Assembly: GCF_020745735.1 (NCBI RefSeq)
Contig: NC_083422.1
Location: forward strand, 19,158,001-19,222,000
Direction of reading: 5' to 3'
From: Hemiscyllium ocellatum
Taxonomy: Eukaryota
Length of the DNA stretch: 64,000 bases
Part shown: positions 24,646 through 38,559 of the stretch, piece by piece
How the letters are laid out: each line of letters starts with the position of its first letter
How positions within the stretch are numbered: the stretch's first letter is position 1
Notes under the pieces: generated by a model
Told to the model about the DNA's origin: nothing
What the model saw: the letters and a program-made list of their open reading frames with translations, nothing else
Database searches by the model: none
Program-made: the position numbers and the translations under genes

Positions 24646-27439
24646 CCTATTGATTGGAAGGCTGCTTTGCTGGGTGTCATTAAAACAAGAATTTCCAGTG
24701 GTACTCCTGGTTCTTGGAGACATCCCTAGCATGTTAAAAACCATTTAAGTCACACTTTTTCTCTCAGATGCCAAGATGTGCGAGAAACCAAACTCAAATG
24801 GTCACCGTGAACATAGGATTGATTTTAAATGGGTTTCAAAATTTTATTGAACTGCAGGCAATTCAGCCAAGACCCACAGTGCTTCCTTTGCAATGACTTG
24901 CAGTGCAGAATTTTGCATGTTTTTTTAATCAGTACAAACCTACACTCTTGAGCAAAAAAATACATGCTTTTTAATAGAAAATTTAGTAGTGATTGTACTA
25001 AGTAGTAATTTCATAGAAAAGTACTGTTTCAAGCTGCTCATTGTTTGCTGATGGGATAGGAAATAACCGTCCTTTAATCATCTGGACAGATGCCAGTTCA
25101 TTCCATTTTAATGCATATATCAAGAGGGATATTTGGCATTGTTTGACATCACACTTTTAGCTCTCTTCAATATGATTCTCAAGACCACTTCTGGTTCCTC
25201 TAAATCAAAGTGCCATCTCTCATAATGGGGGTTTATTGTTCAAGTCTTCAATTTCAACCTCAGCTCAGTGGTAGTGTTTTCTCTCTATTTCACGTTAGAA
25301 GATTATGGGTACAAGCTCTACTCTACACAAATATTTCAACATAATCCATTCAGTGGTTCTGTGTTTTTGCTTGCTAACGTGTTCAAACACTGCTCTAACT
25401 GCCCCTTCAAATGAAATTAAAATCTGAGGTTGATTGGGCAGTTTGGAGATTTTTTCTTTACTTGTCATCCAGGGCATTACAGTTCCCCACACTGTAGGGA
25501 ACTATTGTTCAGAACTGCTTCTTTGGGTTCTGTTTTAGTCCTATTGAGATGTGTTTGTCATTTGTAAGTTTCCATGAAGAGCTGAAGATCTTTTGCATCA
25601 TCTGAATATTGTGCTTACAAAGTAATCTTTCTAATTTTTTTCTCTTCTTTACATTCTGTGCATGGTGTGCAAGCATAAGTAGATTAGCTCAAGATTCTAG
25701 ATTGGTTGAGAGTGTGTAAAGGCGTTAAAATCTGTTGCTTGACTTGTGGCATACACACTGACTCCGGGTCTAATGGGTTAGTCAAATTCATGTTCACGGT
25801 GCAAAAATGTCGAGGTTCGCATCAAAATCTAATTTTAAAGTTAGGCCACTTTTTTTCTCTCTAAAGCACCTATACGGCTTAAAACCACCTTCTCCAATTA
25901 CTATTTTGCTACGTTCAGTATTTCTGTAACTGGAAACTTCTGTGGATCAGAGTATGTTAAAGGTTGATCAGCAAAGTTAACCCATCTGTATTATGACTGA
26001 CAATCTAGCGATAGAAGGGAGCTTTTAACCTATCCATTAGAAGCAGCGCTGCTTCTGATGGGAGTGGAGTTCTACAAGTAAATCAATGGAGAAGGAACTG
26101 GCATTGATCTCAAACCTAATTTTGTCTAGGAGATTTTTTGATTCGAAGAGAGTACGTAATTAACAGGAGAGAACTGGAGTTTTAAATGAGCCAAAGTAAT
26201 TTCTTCCTGAGCTGATGATTTAATGGGAGACTTGCAGAGAATTTAAATAGGTACACTACATCAGAGCTCCGACATGAAGCTTTGAAAGTGCAAAATTTAT
26301 GTTGGTTAATGTTTCTATATTCATATCCTTAGAAGTCCTTACAATTGGTCTTTGTTTGTACTAAAGTTGGCAGGCCAGACACATTACATTTGGATAAGAG
26401 AAAATTTTAAGGTCATTTGACATCTTGCTATAATTCTGTCAAAGCAGTATAGTCAGCTTCTGCAGCGCAATTTGCTCCCAACTTCAATTGTTGTTTATCG
26501 CTAGACTGTTTGAATAGTTGTAGTAGCAAGGAGGAAGTTTTTACTCTTTAATTCAAGGTCAATTTATAGTGAACCATGGTATTTAGTCACACGAACAGCT
26601 GCTTCTTTTATAAGCAGGAAGAGTTCACTAACAGTTCAAGGTAATACAATAATAATTTCGGGAACAGCACAACTTCTGTTCACTGCCTTATTTTGATATG
26701 TTTTTGAAACATTTTGACATTTTGGTAACAGACCCAAAATTCCCGAACTGCTTAACACTGATACTGCTCTGAATTTTGGCGTTCACTGAATATTCTGTGG
26801 TCTCCAATTAACATTAACCATGTAATGTGCATAACGTTTCTAGTTGTATGGTATACAGTGCAAGCCTTTTCCTTTTGAGGTCACTGTGGCTTTGTCTGTT
26901 AAAATTCTACCATGCAAGAGATAGGATTTGACAGTTCAAAAGAACCGGTAGTTGGGATGCCAAAATTAGCATCCATGCCATATTTATTTGTGACTGCTGA
27001 TCTATTCTCCTGTCCTCTCCCAGAAAGTGTCCTCTGTTATCAGCTCAACTTTTCTATGGTACCTATGCAGTCGAATCTCCTGAGCGCACGAGCTGTCTAG
27101 ATTTGTGTGTACTGGACTGGAGGCATTTGTTGCCTTTGAAAACAAACATACCCTCTGAGGGGAAAATAAGTTGTTTTTTCATAAAATCTCAAATTGAAGC
27201 ATATGTAAGGCTGTGTACCATTCAATGTCTTCTCTTTGTGCCCTGATGTCTCATAAACCTTTCGTGCACTCACTAATTTTGATGGAACAACAGTAACGTG
27301 CTTTAGCTTGTCACCTGATCAAGCTTGGATTATCTTGTATCCTATCAGTTCTGGTATCAAGCTTTTGAGAGAAATGAACTGTTAACGACTCCAAGGTAGT
27401 CTGGAAATCTCTTTTCCGACTACAACTGTTTTAAGTACC

Positions 27440-27705
27440 AGCCTGTAGAGTTTGTGATCTCCCCGAGAGTGCATGGGTTTCCACCAGGAGCTCTGGTTTC
27501 CTCCCACAGTCCAAAGATGTGCTAAATTGCCCATAGTATCCAGAGATGTGCAGGATAGGTGGATTAGCCATAGGAAATGCAGGGTGACAAGGAGAGGGTA
27601 GGGAGGGTGGGTCTGAATGAGATGCTCTTTGGTTGGATTGGGGAGAAAGAGATCAGTGAGGACTTGATGGACCAAATAGCCTGCTCCCACACTGGGGATT
27701 CTATG
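27440..27705 (+). mobile_element. HE1/V-SINE, 5'-truncated
   Basis: V-domain ggtttcctcccacagtccaaagatgtg plus 3' tail. Confidence 0.8.
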
Positions 27706-28229
27706 TAGCAGCTTGTGGCATCCCTTGGCCTGTCATGAAATTAACAACCACTGCTTTTGGAAGACATCAGTCGTCTGGAACAAAATTACCAGGACAATGA
27801 AATATTATCTCTTACCTCAGATGCTTAGGCCAGTGGGATCTATGTTTTAACACTTTAGTCAAAGGATAGGGCTTCAAGAAAAGAAAATTTCATGTTCATC
27901 TTGAATTGCTATTATTTTTCAGTAGATTTTCAGTGGAATCTCTTCACCTTGCAAATTTTAATTTGAAATATGTTGCCTATTGGTTTTGTTAGAACTGTTA
28001 AAAATTGGAAAGGAATCAAATGGTAACCGAGAAAGCATTGCATTAATGCTGCTCATCCTTCAGGGAAGAACCATTATTCAATACATCTGTGGAGGAATTC
28101 AAACCATGTATGGGTGGAGTGTTCCTTGTTTGTCAATTGAAAACTTAAAAATTTTGCAGGGATACTTCAATACTGGAATATAGTGAGTAGTATTTTTCGT
28201 GTTCATGAATAATGTTTTCAAGATGCTTA

Positions 28230-29330
28230 AGATCCATTGTGACCTAGCCACGAGGATTCAGAATTGGCTTGCTCATAGAACAGAGGGTAGTGGTGCAAGC
28301 GCATTTTTGTGCTGGAGGCCTGCGACTTGGTGGTGTTCCGCAGGGATCCGTACTGGAATCACTGTTGTTTGTGATATATCTCTATAAATGATGTGGATGC
28401 AGTTAGTAAGTTTGCAGCCGATACAAGGATTGGTATGGATAGCATAGAATGTTGTCAAAGGATACAGTGGGATACAGATCAGTTGCAGATATGGGCAGAG
28501 AGATGGCAGATGGAGTTTAATTAGTGTAAGTGTGAGATGCTGCACTTCAGAAGATCAATTGTTTAGGAAAAGTATTCAGTTAATGGCAGGAGTTTGAACA
28601 GCATTGCTGTACAGAGGGATCTTTAGGTTCAAGGGCTTGCTCCCTGAAAGTGACCATCCAAGTAGATAGGGTGGTAAAGTAGGTGTATGGAGTGCTTACC
28701 TTTACTGGTCAGGAAATTGAGTACAAGAGTTAGGATGTCATGTTGTCAAATGGAACTAATCTCTTCTGTCTGCCCTTGGTCTGTATTCTTTAGAAGAGTT
28801 TGGTTAGACCACACAGAGTACTGAGTTCAATTCTGGTCACCACATTACAGGAAGGATGTGAAAGCTTTGGAGAGAGAGGTTTACTGGTGCACTGCCTGGA
28901 TGAAAGAATATGATCTATAAGGAGAGGCTAGAAAAACCCAGGTTGTTTTCTCTTGAATGGTGGAGGCTCTATAGGAGTTCATAAAACTAAGATATGTATA
29001 AAGGGTTGATGGTCAGAATCTCTTTTTCCCCTAAAGTTGTAAAACTAATTCTAGGTGGAATGCACTTAAGGTGAGGGGGAGAAAGTTCAATGGAGACATG
29101 AGGGGCAGGTTTTACTACAAATAGGAGTCTGGATTGCATTGCCGGGGGTTGCGGTGGAGGTAGATATGATAAGGGCATTTAATGTACTTTGAAATAAGTA
29201 CATAAATATGCGAGGAATGGAGAAATATGGACCAAGGGTAGGCAAAAGGGATTCGTTCCATTTGGCATCATGTTCAGCACAACATTGTGGCCAAAAGGGC
29301 CTGTTCCTGTGCTCTACAGTACAATGGTCT
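28230..29330 (+). mobile_element. CR1 LINE ORF2 3' region, decayed
   Basis: RT remnants WIQNWL, SKFAADT, QFWSPHYRKDV. Confidence 0.85.
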
Positions 29331-29699
29331 ATATAACCGATTTTGCTGGGAGTGTTTTGCTCGGTTTGTGTTTCCAACAATACATAACCAATGCACTGAA
29401 TTTGAACATTAAATTATATTCAGCACATCTTGCAATTCTGCAGGATTTTACACTAATTTTAAAAACACTGCACTAGATTGAGTTAAAAATTAAACGCTAT
29501 ATTAAAGTTTTTGATAACTGTTGAATTACCGGCCTTCAAGAAGGCTCTAAGCGTAAACGTAACTAGACTTTGTAATGTGCAAGAGCATGAACAAGTACAC
29601 TTTCAAAGTTGGCATGAGTTCTAAGATTGACGGTGTTCTAGTATTGCTGGAAATTGTATTTGTATATTTCAAGTCATTTTCAGTTATTTAAAACGTGAT

Positions 29700-29912
29700 T
29701 ACTGGTCACGATGACCATGAAGCCATTATCAGTAGTACACTAGTGTCCTTTTTAGGGAAGGAAACTGCTGGCCTTACCTGGTCTGACCTACATTTGACTC
29801 CAGACCCAGAGCATTGTGGTTGACTCTTAATCAGTGACCCCCTGGACAGTTTGGCATGGGCAATAAATGCTGGCCTCGCCAGCGAATGCCACGTCCTGTG
29901 AATGAATTTAAA
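29700..29912 (+). mobile_element. SINE 3' portion
   Basis: tagggaaggaaa...gactccagaccc...gggcaataaatgctggcct; related copies at 24225 (-) and about 46960-47135. Confidence 0.6.
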
Positions 29913-30656
29913 AAACACTGTGATTTGACACTGTTTAAAATACTTTTATGTTCTGCAATTAATAGGATTCTCAGCTGTATTAATGAGCCAAATTATCATT
30001 TTTAAAATCATACTTCAATTTCAAGTGGTTATTACACAGTGCCTGGTATGTATTTGGGTTTTTTGTGCTATGCAAATGAATTTCAGCAGGGATGTTTGGG
30101 GTGCACTGAGAAAAAGCAGCATTTTTATACCTGGCATCATTGGCACCTGAATACATTAAGCATAGTTGGCAGAAACCCTAACCCCTTTGCAATTTGGAAG
30201 GCTTTGATTTGTTGGACAACTTTAACTATTTGTTACATACAGCACACCACACTTTTTTTTTTAAATTGTCTGTCCTAACTGCAGTTCTCAATCCTCAAAT
30301 AGAAAGCTCTTGCCAAAGAATTAAAGATGCTCCAATGTTGTTTTGTTCTTGACTATGTATGAATGTTTTATTTTTGGAATTGACCATTTCTTTTAGTAAT
30401 TGGGGAGAAGAGGTGATGGGGTTGGGCAAAACAAAGTGGAGGAATGTTGGAGATAAGGGCAGATTGACACACAGGTATATAGTATCTTGAGGTGCATTGG
30501 TTAAATAGCAGTAATCATTTAGTAATGGCACTGGATTGACCGTTTCATTTTCTCTCATTTAAAAACTGGATATAAATAACTTGTCAATAGCTTAATTTTT
30601 AAATTGGGAATTAATTTGGGGAAAGGGTCCATTCTGACTTTGTGACACTTCATAGA

Positions 30657-30945
30657 TGGGGCAGCTCAGTGATTAGCACTGCTACCTCTCAGTGCCGGGG
30701 ACGTGGGTTTGATTCCAGCCTCTGGCTACTGTGTTTGTGTGGAGTTTGTACATTTTCCCAGTGTCTGCGTGGGTTTCCTCCGGGTGCTCTGGTTTCCTTC
30801 CACAATCTAAAGATGTGCAGGTCAGGTGATTTGGCCGTGCTCAGTGCTCAGGGGAATGGGTCTGGGTGGGTTCCTCTTCGGAGGGTCACTATGGACTGGT
30901 TGGGTCGAAAGGCCTGTTTCTATACTGTTGATGATCTAATCCAAT
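30657..30945 (+). mobile_element. HE1/V-SINE
   Basis: tRNA-like head, V-domain and CR1-like tail; similar to the 8517 copy. Confidence 0.88.
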
Positions 30946-33098
30946 CAGGATCAGCATTCTGTAACTGATTGTGGAAATACCTGCCTGAGTAGATGAAGTG
31001 TGAAAAATAAAAATGCCACCTATGCTATTGTTAATAAAGGACAAAACTGGAAATGGCCATATTAATGTGAAGGCCTGGTGGCAAAAAGGACTTGATCTTT
31101 CCAGCCAGTTGTAATTTTCAGAATCCAACTTAATGCTTGAATTATTTGTAACGTTGCAGTGCATACTACTGTACCAAACATTTGTGAAAATACTGACGGT
31201 TTTTGAAAGCCGATTCAATAGGTTTAATAAAACTAATGCAATGGAGCCACATGTCACCAACGTCTGCCTCTGCCTGGCTGAAACCTGATCCTTTGTCTTT
31301 TGACTCCCTACTCATTCTTTTGGCAGGTTTTATCTTTTGTGTACTGCATATCCAAAATTATCTCTAAATGAACTATTGTAACACAATAACAATTTCAAGG
31401 TGAAATTCTGGGCAGATCAGTGATATCTAGCAGTTAATACAGAGGCAAAGATAAGTCCTTTTGAGAGTGACTGCAACAGAAGTGATGTAATATCAGAATT
31501 GGCTTGTGCATTTGCTAGATACTGTGTAGTTTTGTTGTTTTACAGAGCTGAGCTCTCAATCTCAACCAGACAGTTGAAGAAAACAAAGATAATGGCTCAA
31601 ATCTATGGATTAAAGCGAGAGGCCTCAATTTGACTTGTGCTGCTGATGCATGTCCTTCAGAACTCTAAGGAGATTGACACTTGGCATTACCTAGACAGGA
31701 AGTGTAAACTTAAGGTTACCTTCCAGTCATGGCTTCCTTTCTCCCCCACTTGTTTTCAGGATCATTTACTACTTCCATGTTTCTCTACAAAACTCTGCCT
31801 CCAGTTTACAAGTCTGTTAATTCTTGATCAACAGGCAGTCATTTTCCCTGCATGGGTCTTGCTGTGTGTTCCTTTGCATGAGTTTTTATACAGACAAGGA
31901 GTGAATTTTTGGACATGCGTTTCTCAAGAATCCCATTGTGACCTTTTGCTTTAAGCATTTGTATCTAGCGGTCAAAAGTGAGCTCCAGCCATTCATGTTT
32001 GATGTACGTCTGGTCAGGTCATCTTCCAACATCTCACATTCTGACGGTGGACCTCCAGTCCCAGCCCTTGCATACTTAAACTAAGGTTTTTGGTTTTTTT
32101 TCCACCACCACCTAATTTGCTGAACCCTTACCAGGGATTAATGTGAAGTGGTTTGCCTTATTAACTTACTCTGTGCCAGTGGGGTCCTGCTAACCTCTGG
32201 CCATTTCAATTGCATTGTCAATCTTTAAAAGGGAATTAAATGCCTCTTTCTCATCAAAATTCAGGATTGAATGGCTAACTCGACACTTGAATGTGAAGAT
32301 GGGATGCTTCCCTCACCAGGACCTCAGTCGACCTGTCCCTTCATAATTCAAGTATTTTTAATGAGTCTTCCTGTTCCTTGGGGAATATTTTTATTCCACT
32401 TTTCCTTAATGAATTTTCAGCCTTCCTTCATCTACTTTTGTCTCTCTTGGAATTCTTTGCTCCCGTTGTTCTCTCTCTAACACTAGCCTGTTTGCTTTGA
32501 TTTTTAAAACTTGCAAGTCTTCTGCAATTGTTTTATGACCGCGTTCTGGCAGAATTTAAGTGCGTTTTCTTTTAAATAGAGGAGGTCCCAAGAATGAGTT
32601 AAGTCACTTGAAATAAAGATTAATAGTCCACCTAAAACAACCTCTGAGAAGACATGGCAGCTGATCTTGATCACGTGGTAAGCCAATGCCCCCACACGAT
32701 AGTGGAACACCCTACACAGAACACCCACTCTGATAGTTACCATTTCTCTCTTTCCCCCCCACCCATTGCACACACTGACAACACAGCCAGTGTCAAGAAG
32801 CCCTCTGACAATGGCCTGGTTGAAATTAATATCCATTTTACTTAATGCACCCTGTAACTAAGGAAATGTGTGCAGACTCCTGTTGCATTTGGTGGGAGTG
32901 AAACAAGGTTTTAATAAATAAAACATTTCTTTCCATATCCACTCAATGGAACATGAGATTTTACCTGCAACGTCCAGAATCTCTTTGGCGGACATGTTTT
33001 TCTAATGGAGAATAGTATAGATGTTAAAATGTCATCTTACCAAATAACTACTTTTGTATCTGTGTGAAGCTGAGGTGTCAGTAGTAGTACCTCTTGGG

Positions 33099-33783
33099 GT
33101 CATAGAGATGTACAGCATGGAAACAGACCCTTCAGTCCAACCCGTCCATGCCAACCAGATATTCCAATCCAATCTAGTCCCACCTGCCAGCACCCAGCCC
33201 ATATCCCACTAAACCCTTCCTATTCATATACCCATCCAAATGCCTCTTAAATGTTGCACCACTTCCTCTGACAGCTCATTCCATACATACCACCCTCTGC
33301 GTGAAAAAGTTATCCCTTTTATGTCTTTCCCCTCTCACCCTAAACCCATGCCCTCTAGTTCTGGACTTCCTGACCCCAGGGAAAAGACTTTGTCCACTTA
33401 TCCCATCCATGCCCCTCATAATTTTGTAAACCTCTATTAGGTTACCCCTGAACTCCAGGGAAAACAGCACCAGCCTGTTCAGCCTCTCCCTATAGCTCAA
33501 ATCCGCCAACCCTGGCAACATCCATGTAAATCTTTTCTGAACCCTTTCAAGTTTCACAATATCTTTCCGATAGGAAGGAGACCAGAATTGCACGCAATAT
33601 TCCAACTGTAGCCTAACCAATGTCCTGTGCAGCCGCAACGTGACCTCCCAACTCCTGTACTCGATACTCTGACCAATAAAGGAAAGTATACCAAACACCA
33701 CCTTCACTATCCTATCTACCTGCGACTCCACTTTCAAGGAGCTATGAACCCGCACTCCAAGGGCTCTTTGTTCAGCAACACTC
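33099..33783 (-). mobile_element. CR1 (HER1-like) LINE 3' fragment
   Basis: ORF 33276-33842(-) contains [27 protein letters not shown]. Confidence 0.93.
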
Positions 33784-34515
33784 TTGTCCTCCAAGAAAGA
33801 TTCCATTGTCTGAAATCCCATTCCAGATAATTGAGTGCACAATACAGACTGGGATTTTGTTTAGGCTGTCTCTTGAATGAGATGCTCAACAGAGGCTGTT
33901 TATAAAATAAAACCATTCCATGTCACTGTTAAGAGCATGATTTGGAGATGCTGGTGTTGGACTGGGGTGGACAAAGTTAAAAATCTCTCAACACCAGTTT
34001 ATAGTCCAACAGGTTTAATTGGAAGCACAGTAGCTTTCGGAGTGATGCTCCTTCATCAGGTGCTAGTGGAAGGCTTGATCATAACACAGCAAAAATTTAG
34101 TGTGATGTAACTGAAATTACATTGAAAAATTGATAGCTTGATAAGCCTTTCATCTGTTAGACTACAGTAATAGTTTCACTTCTTTCATATGTAAATCACA
34201 AAACCTTTTTTAAAGTTGCATTCTCGGGTTAGCTGTTAACAATGGTGATAACTAGACAATACGTTGAAGGTGTTAGCCCCCTATGTTCTCTGTCTATGAC
34301 CTGATGTTCAAATTGATTCTAATCTAAAAAGTGAGATAACGGAGTTTGACATAAATTCATGCCGTTTTTGAGCTCAGAGTTCTACATGAATGTATGCAGT
34401 TTTTGAGCAAAGTGCAATGTAACCCTGCAAGTACAAATTCACCCCACAAAATGTGTGCATGTGGGTCTTTGTCTGGGGTGGGGTGTGTGTGTGTGGTGAG
34501 TGCAGAGTGTCTTAC

Positions 34516-34518
<3 letters not shown>

Positions 34519-34547
<29 letters not shown>
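34519..34547. repeat. (TG)n microsatellite inside the Penelope 3' UTR
   Basis: Read directly. Confidence 0.95.
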
Positions 34548-34550
<3 letters not shown>

Positions 34551-35863
34551 GGTGATCACCTGTAATGTGACATGAACCCAAGGTCCCGGTTGAAGCCCTC
34601 CCTATGGGTACCGAACTTAGCTATCAGCCTCTGCTCGGCCACTTTCCTCTGCTGCCTGTCCCAAAGTCCACCTTGGAGGATGGTCACCCGAAGGTCCGAG
34701 GCTGAATGTCCTGGACCACTGAAGTGTTCCCCAACTGGGAGGGAGCCCTCCTGTCTGTTGATTGTGTGGTGCCCATTCATCCATTGTCGTAGCCTTTGCT
34801 TGGTTTCCCCAATGTACCATGCCTCCGGGCATCCTTACCTGCAACATATAAGATAGACAACGTTGGCTGAGTAACATGAATACCTGCCATGTACAAGGTG
34901 GGAAGTGTTGCCACGCGTAATAATGGTATCTATGTCCACAATCTGACACGTCTTGCAGCGCCTACTGTGACAGGGTTGTATGGAGTTGTCCTGAGAGCCG
35001 GGCAGTTTGCTACAAGCAATGATCTGTTTGAGGTTTGGCGGTTGTTTAAAGGCAAGTAATGGAGGCGTGGGGAAGGTCTTGATGAGGTGCTCATCCTTGT
35101 TGATGTATTGCAGGTCACGAAGGACATGGCATAATTTTTCAGCTCCTGGGAAGTACTGAACAACAAAGGGTACCCTGTCAGTTACAGCACATGTCTGTCT
35201 CCTGAGGAGGTCATTATGGTTCCTTGCTGTGGCACATCGGAACTGACGGTCGATGAATTGAGCAACGTACCCTGTTCTTGTGAGGGCATCCTTGAGTGTC
35301 CGTCACGTTCCTTCTCATCTGAGCAGATCTGGTGTATGCCTAGGGCTTGTCCATAGGGAATGGCTGTTTTTGTCTGTCCTTGATGGAGACATATGTGTCC
35401 AAGAATGAGACAGACAGTCGAGAGTAGTCCATGGTGAGTTTGATGGTGGGATGAAACTTGTTGATGTCACTGTGTAGTTGAATTTGTACTTGCAGAGTTA
35501 CATTGCACTTTGCTCAAAAACTGCATGCATTCATGTAGAATTCTGAGCTCAAAAACAGCATGAATTTATGTAAAACTTTGATTCTACTCTAAAAAGAGAG
35601 ATAACAATCTGAACATCATGGCATAGGGACAGAGAACACAGGGGACTAACACCTTCAACATATTGTCTAGCTATCACCATTGTTAACAGCTAACCCGAGA
35701 ATGCAACATTTTTAAAAAGTTTCATGTGTAAATCACAAAACCCATCACTGTATTCTAACAGATGAAAGGCTTAACAGACAATCAATTTTTCAATGTATAA
35801 TTTCAGTTACATCACACTGTAAATTTTTGCTATAAATTCTGTTACGATCGAGCCCTCCATTAT

Positions 35864-35898
35864 CACCTGATGAAGGAGCATCGCTCCGAAAGCTAGTG
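35864..35898 (+). ncRNA. Minimal type I hammerhead ribozyme motif
   Basis: cac-CTGATGA-a-GGAGC-atc-GCTCC-GAAA-gc-TA-gtg: 3-bp stem I, 5-bp stem II, palindromic AGCT in place of stem III. Confidence 0.7.
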
Positions 35899-36119
35899 TG
35901 CTTCCAATTAAACCTGTTGGACTATAACCTGGTGTTGTGATATTTAACTTAAAAGAGCATGAGAGCTTTTTTTCATACCCTGGCTCAGTCAATGTCACAA
36001 GCAGATTGTAACTATTCATTTACTTTGCTTTTTCTTTGAAAGATGAAGTGCCTTTTGACAGTCAAGGCAATATTTGACCAACTATATCAAAGTGCTTGAG
36101 AAAATGCTCATTTTTCGTC

Positions 36120-36995
36120 CCACCAACCCTGTATTCAATAGATCATTCTCTGCCATTTCAGGCACCTCAAGAATGCCATCACCAAACACATCTTTCCCCT
36201 CCGTCCCCTGTCTGCATCTCAAGGCTCGTTCCCTCTGGACAGTCTAGTTAATTCATCAATCACTAACACCACCCCTTCCCACCGCATCTTCCCATGTAAC
36301 CACAGAAGGTGCAACACCTGCCCCTTCGTCTCCTCCCTGCTCATCATTCCAGGTGAAGCAGCATTTCACCTATATCTCCTCCAATCTTGTATGTTGCATT
36401 TGCTGCAATCAAATACACCCTGGGTGACTGTTTTGCAGAAAAGCTCCAGTCTGTGTGCAAATGTGACCTCGACCTTCCTATAGCCGGTAATTTTAACACA
36501 GCGTGCTGCTTGCATGCCCATATATCTGTCCTCAGCATACTGCAGTGCTCCAGTGAATCACCGTACAAACTGGAGGAACAACATCTCATTTTCACACTCG
36601 GCAGTTTGCAGCCTTTTGGACTTAATATTTAATTCAACACCTTCAAATTGTGAATCAACTCCCATTCCTTCCCTTCCTTTCAGCTTTACTTGTTACATTC
36701 TCTGTCACCATGTTTGCTTTCCCCTCCCACCTCAGTGGGGCTCTGTTCTTTTCAAGTCCAACTGTTAGACACACCATTGTTCAGCCATTCTCTCATTCCA
36801 ATCACTTAATCTGAAGTATCAGCATCCTTTCTCCCCCAGTACTCTATGCTCCAACACCCCCACTACAGCATAAATGCTTCACCCTCCACATTTCACTTCA
36901 GCTCTGGTGACTCCTCAAGACTCTACTTTAGTTTGCCCTCTGTCCGTGGATGCTGTCTGACCTGCTGTGATCTCCTCCAGCATTTGTTTTTTTCA
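36120..36995 (+). mobile_element. Penelope-like element 3' part, decayed
   Basis: GIY-YIG tail LPIAGNFN...KLEEQHLIFTLGSLQPFGLNI plus terminal motif. Confidence 0.8.
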
Positions 36996-37556
36996 ATGCA
37001 GGTTGTAATTTGCTCCTACACCAGAGAAGCTCTCTCCTCTGGCTGGAGCCATACATCTCACTCCAAGGAGGCCCTTGAGGTAATGTTCTAGACCCAACTT
37101 TTCTCAGCTGCTTCATCAATTACCTTTGTCTCCATCCTTGGGTCAGAAACGAGGATTTTGATTGATTCCAGTGATCTGTACCATTTCAAATTCCTTGATC
37201 GCTGAACCAATTTGTGACTCTCTTTTTCCAACTGGTTGAGCTTCTGTAGTCTCTGTGCAGCATCAACTTTCAGAAATGATGTGGTGGCCACGATTGTTGT
37301 GTGTGGAATGTTGGAGCGTCTATGGCAATGTTGGCTGGGAGTTAACATTGTCTAGAAACTGAATCAAACCGACCATCTAAATATTTTGCTGACAAGGTCA
37401 AGTCAAAAACCGGGAGGCAAGTAACTCGCCACTTTATCTCTCCAGTATTTGTCCACCATTTACAAGGCACAGGTTGTGATTGTGATGAATGTTCCCTGCT
37501 TGCCTGGATAAGTGCTGATCCAGCACTGTTTCCATCCCAGGTAAAGAAATCTGCTT

Positions 37557-38060
37557 GACTATAGGAGTTGGGAGGTCATGTTGCAGCTGTACAGGACATT
37601 GGTTAAGCCACTGTTGGAATATTGCGTGCAATTCTGGTCCCCTTCCTATCGGAAAGATGTTGTGAAACTTGAAAGGGTTCAGGAAAGATTTACGAGGATG
37701 CTGCCAGGGTTGGAGGATTTGAGCTATAGGGATAGGCTGAACAGGCTGGGGCTGTTTTCCCTAGAGTGTAGGAGGTTGAGGGACGACCTTTATAGAAGTT
37801 TATAAAATCATGAGCATGGATAGGGTAAATAGGCAGGTCTTTTTCCCTGGGGTGGGGAGTCCAGAACTGGAGGACATGGGTTTAGGATGAGAGGGGGAAG
37901 ATTTAAGAGACCTAAGGGGCAACGTTTTCATGCAGAGGATGGTGTGTGTATGGAATGAGCTTCATTCATGGGAATAGATTAGGTTAGGTTAGCTTATCTG
38001 ATCAGCACGGACATGTTGGACTGAAGGATCTGTTTCTGTGCTGTACATCTCTATGACTCT
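37557..38060 (+). mobile_element. CR1 LINE 3' fragment
   Basis: [32 protein letters not shown]. Confidence 0.93.
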
Positions 38061-38189
38061 GTCTTAAACATTTCATTTCCATTCATTCATATACCAGAAC
38101 TCCTCCCAAAAATGCTGAGAAGAACAAAGTTAGCAGATGCATGGGAGTGCTCTCACCTAAAAGTTCTTGTCAAAGAGGAGGGGTTACCT

Positions 38190-38535
38190 TACAGAGGTTT
38201 ATGAAATCAAGAGAAGCAATGATAGGGTAAATCGGCGGAGTCCAGAACTAGAGTCCATAGGTTTATGGTGAGAGGGGAAGGATTTAAAATGGACCCAAGA
38301 GGCAGTTTTTTCACAGGGTGGTCAATGTATGGAATGAATTGCAGAGGAAGTGATGAAAATTGGTACAGTAGCAACATTTAAAAGACTTCTGGATGGGTAT
38401 ATGAATAGGAAGGGTTTAGAGGGATGTGGGCAAAGTGCTGGCAAATGGCCCTAGATTAATTTAGGATATTTGGTTGGCATGGACGAGTTGGACCAATGGG
38501 TTTGTTTCCATGCTGTACATCTCTCCAGCTCTGAC
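38190..38535 (+). mobile_element. CR1 LINE 3' end
   Basis: Similar to 20637-21023. Confidence 0.85.
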
Positions 38536-38559
38536 AGATGTCAAGCTTCAGTTATAAAG

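Larger units (their letters stand above)
33941..35952 (-). mobile_element. Penelope-like retroelement, 5'-truncated, with about 470-bp inverted terminal arms
   Basis: Minus-strand RT thumb and GIY-YIG remnants (NVVYLI...WYIGETKQRL; PVGEHFSGPGHS...AEQRLIAKFGT). Arms 33974-34441 and 35479-35950. aagagcatga repeat at 33931 and 35953. Confidence 0.92.
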
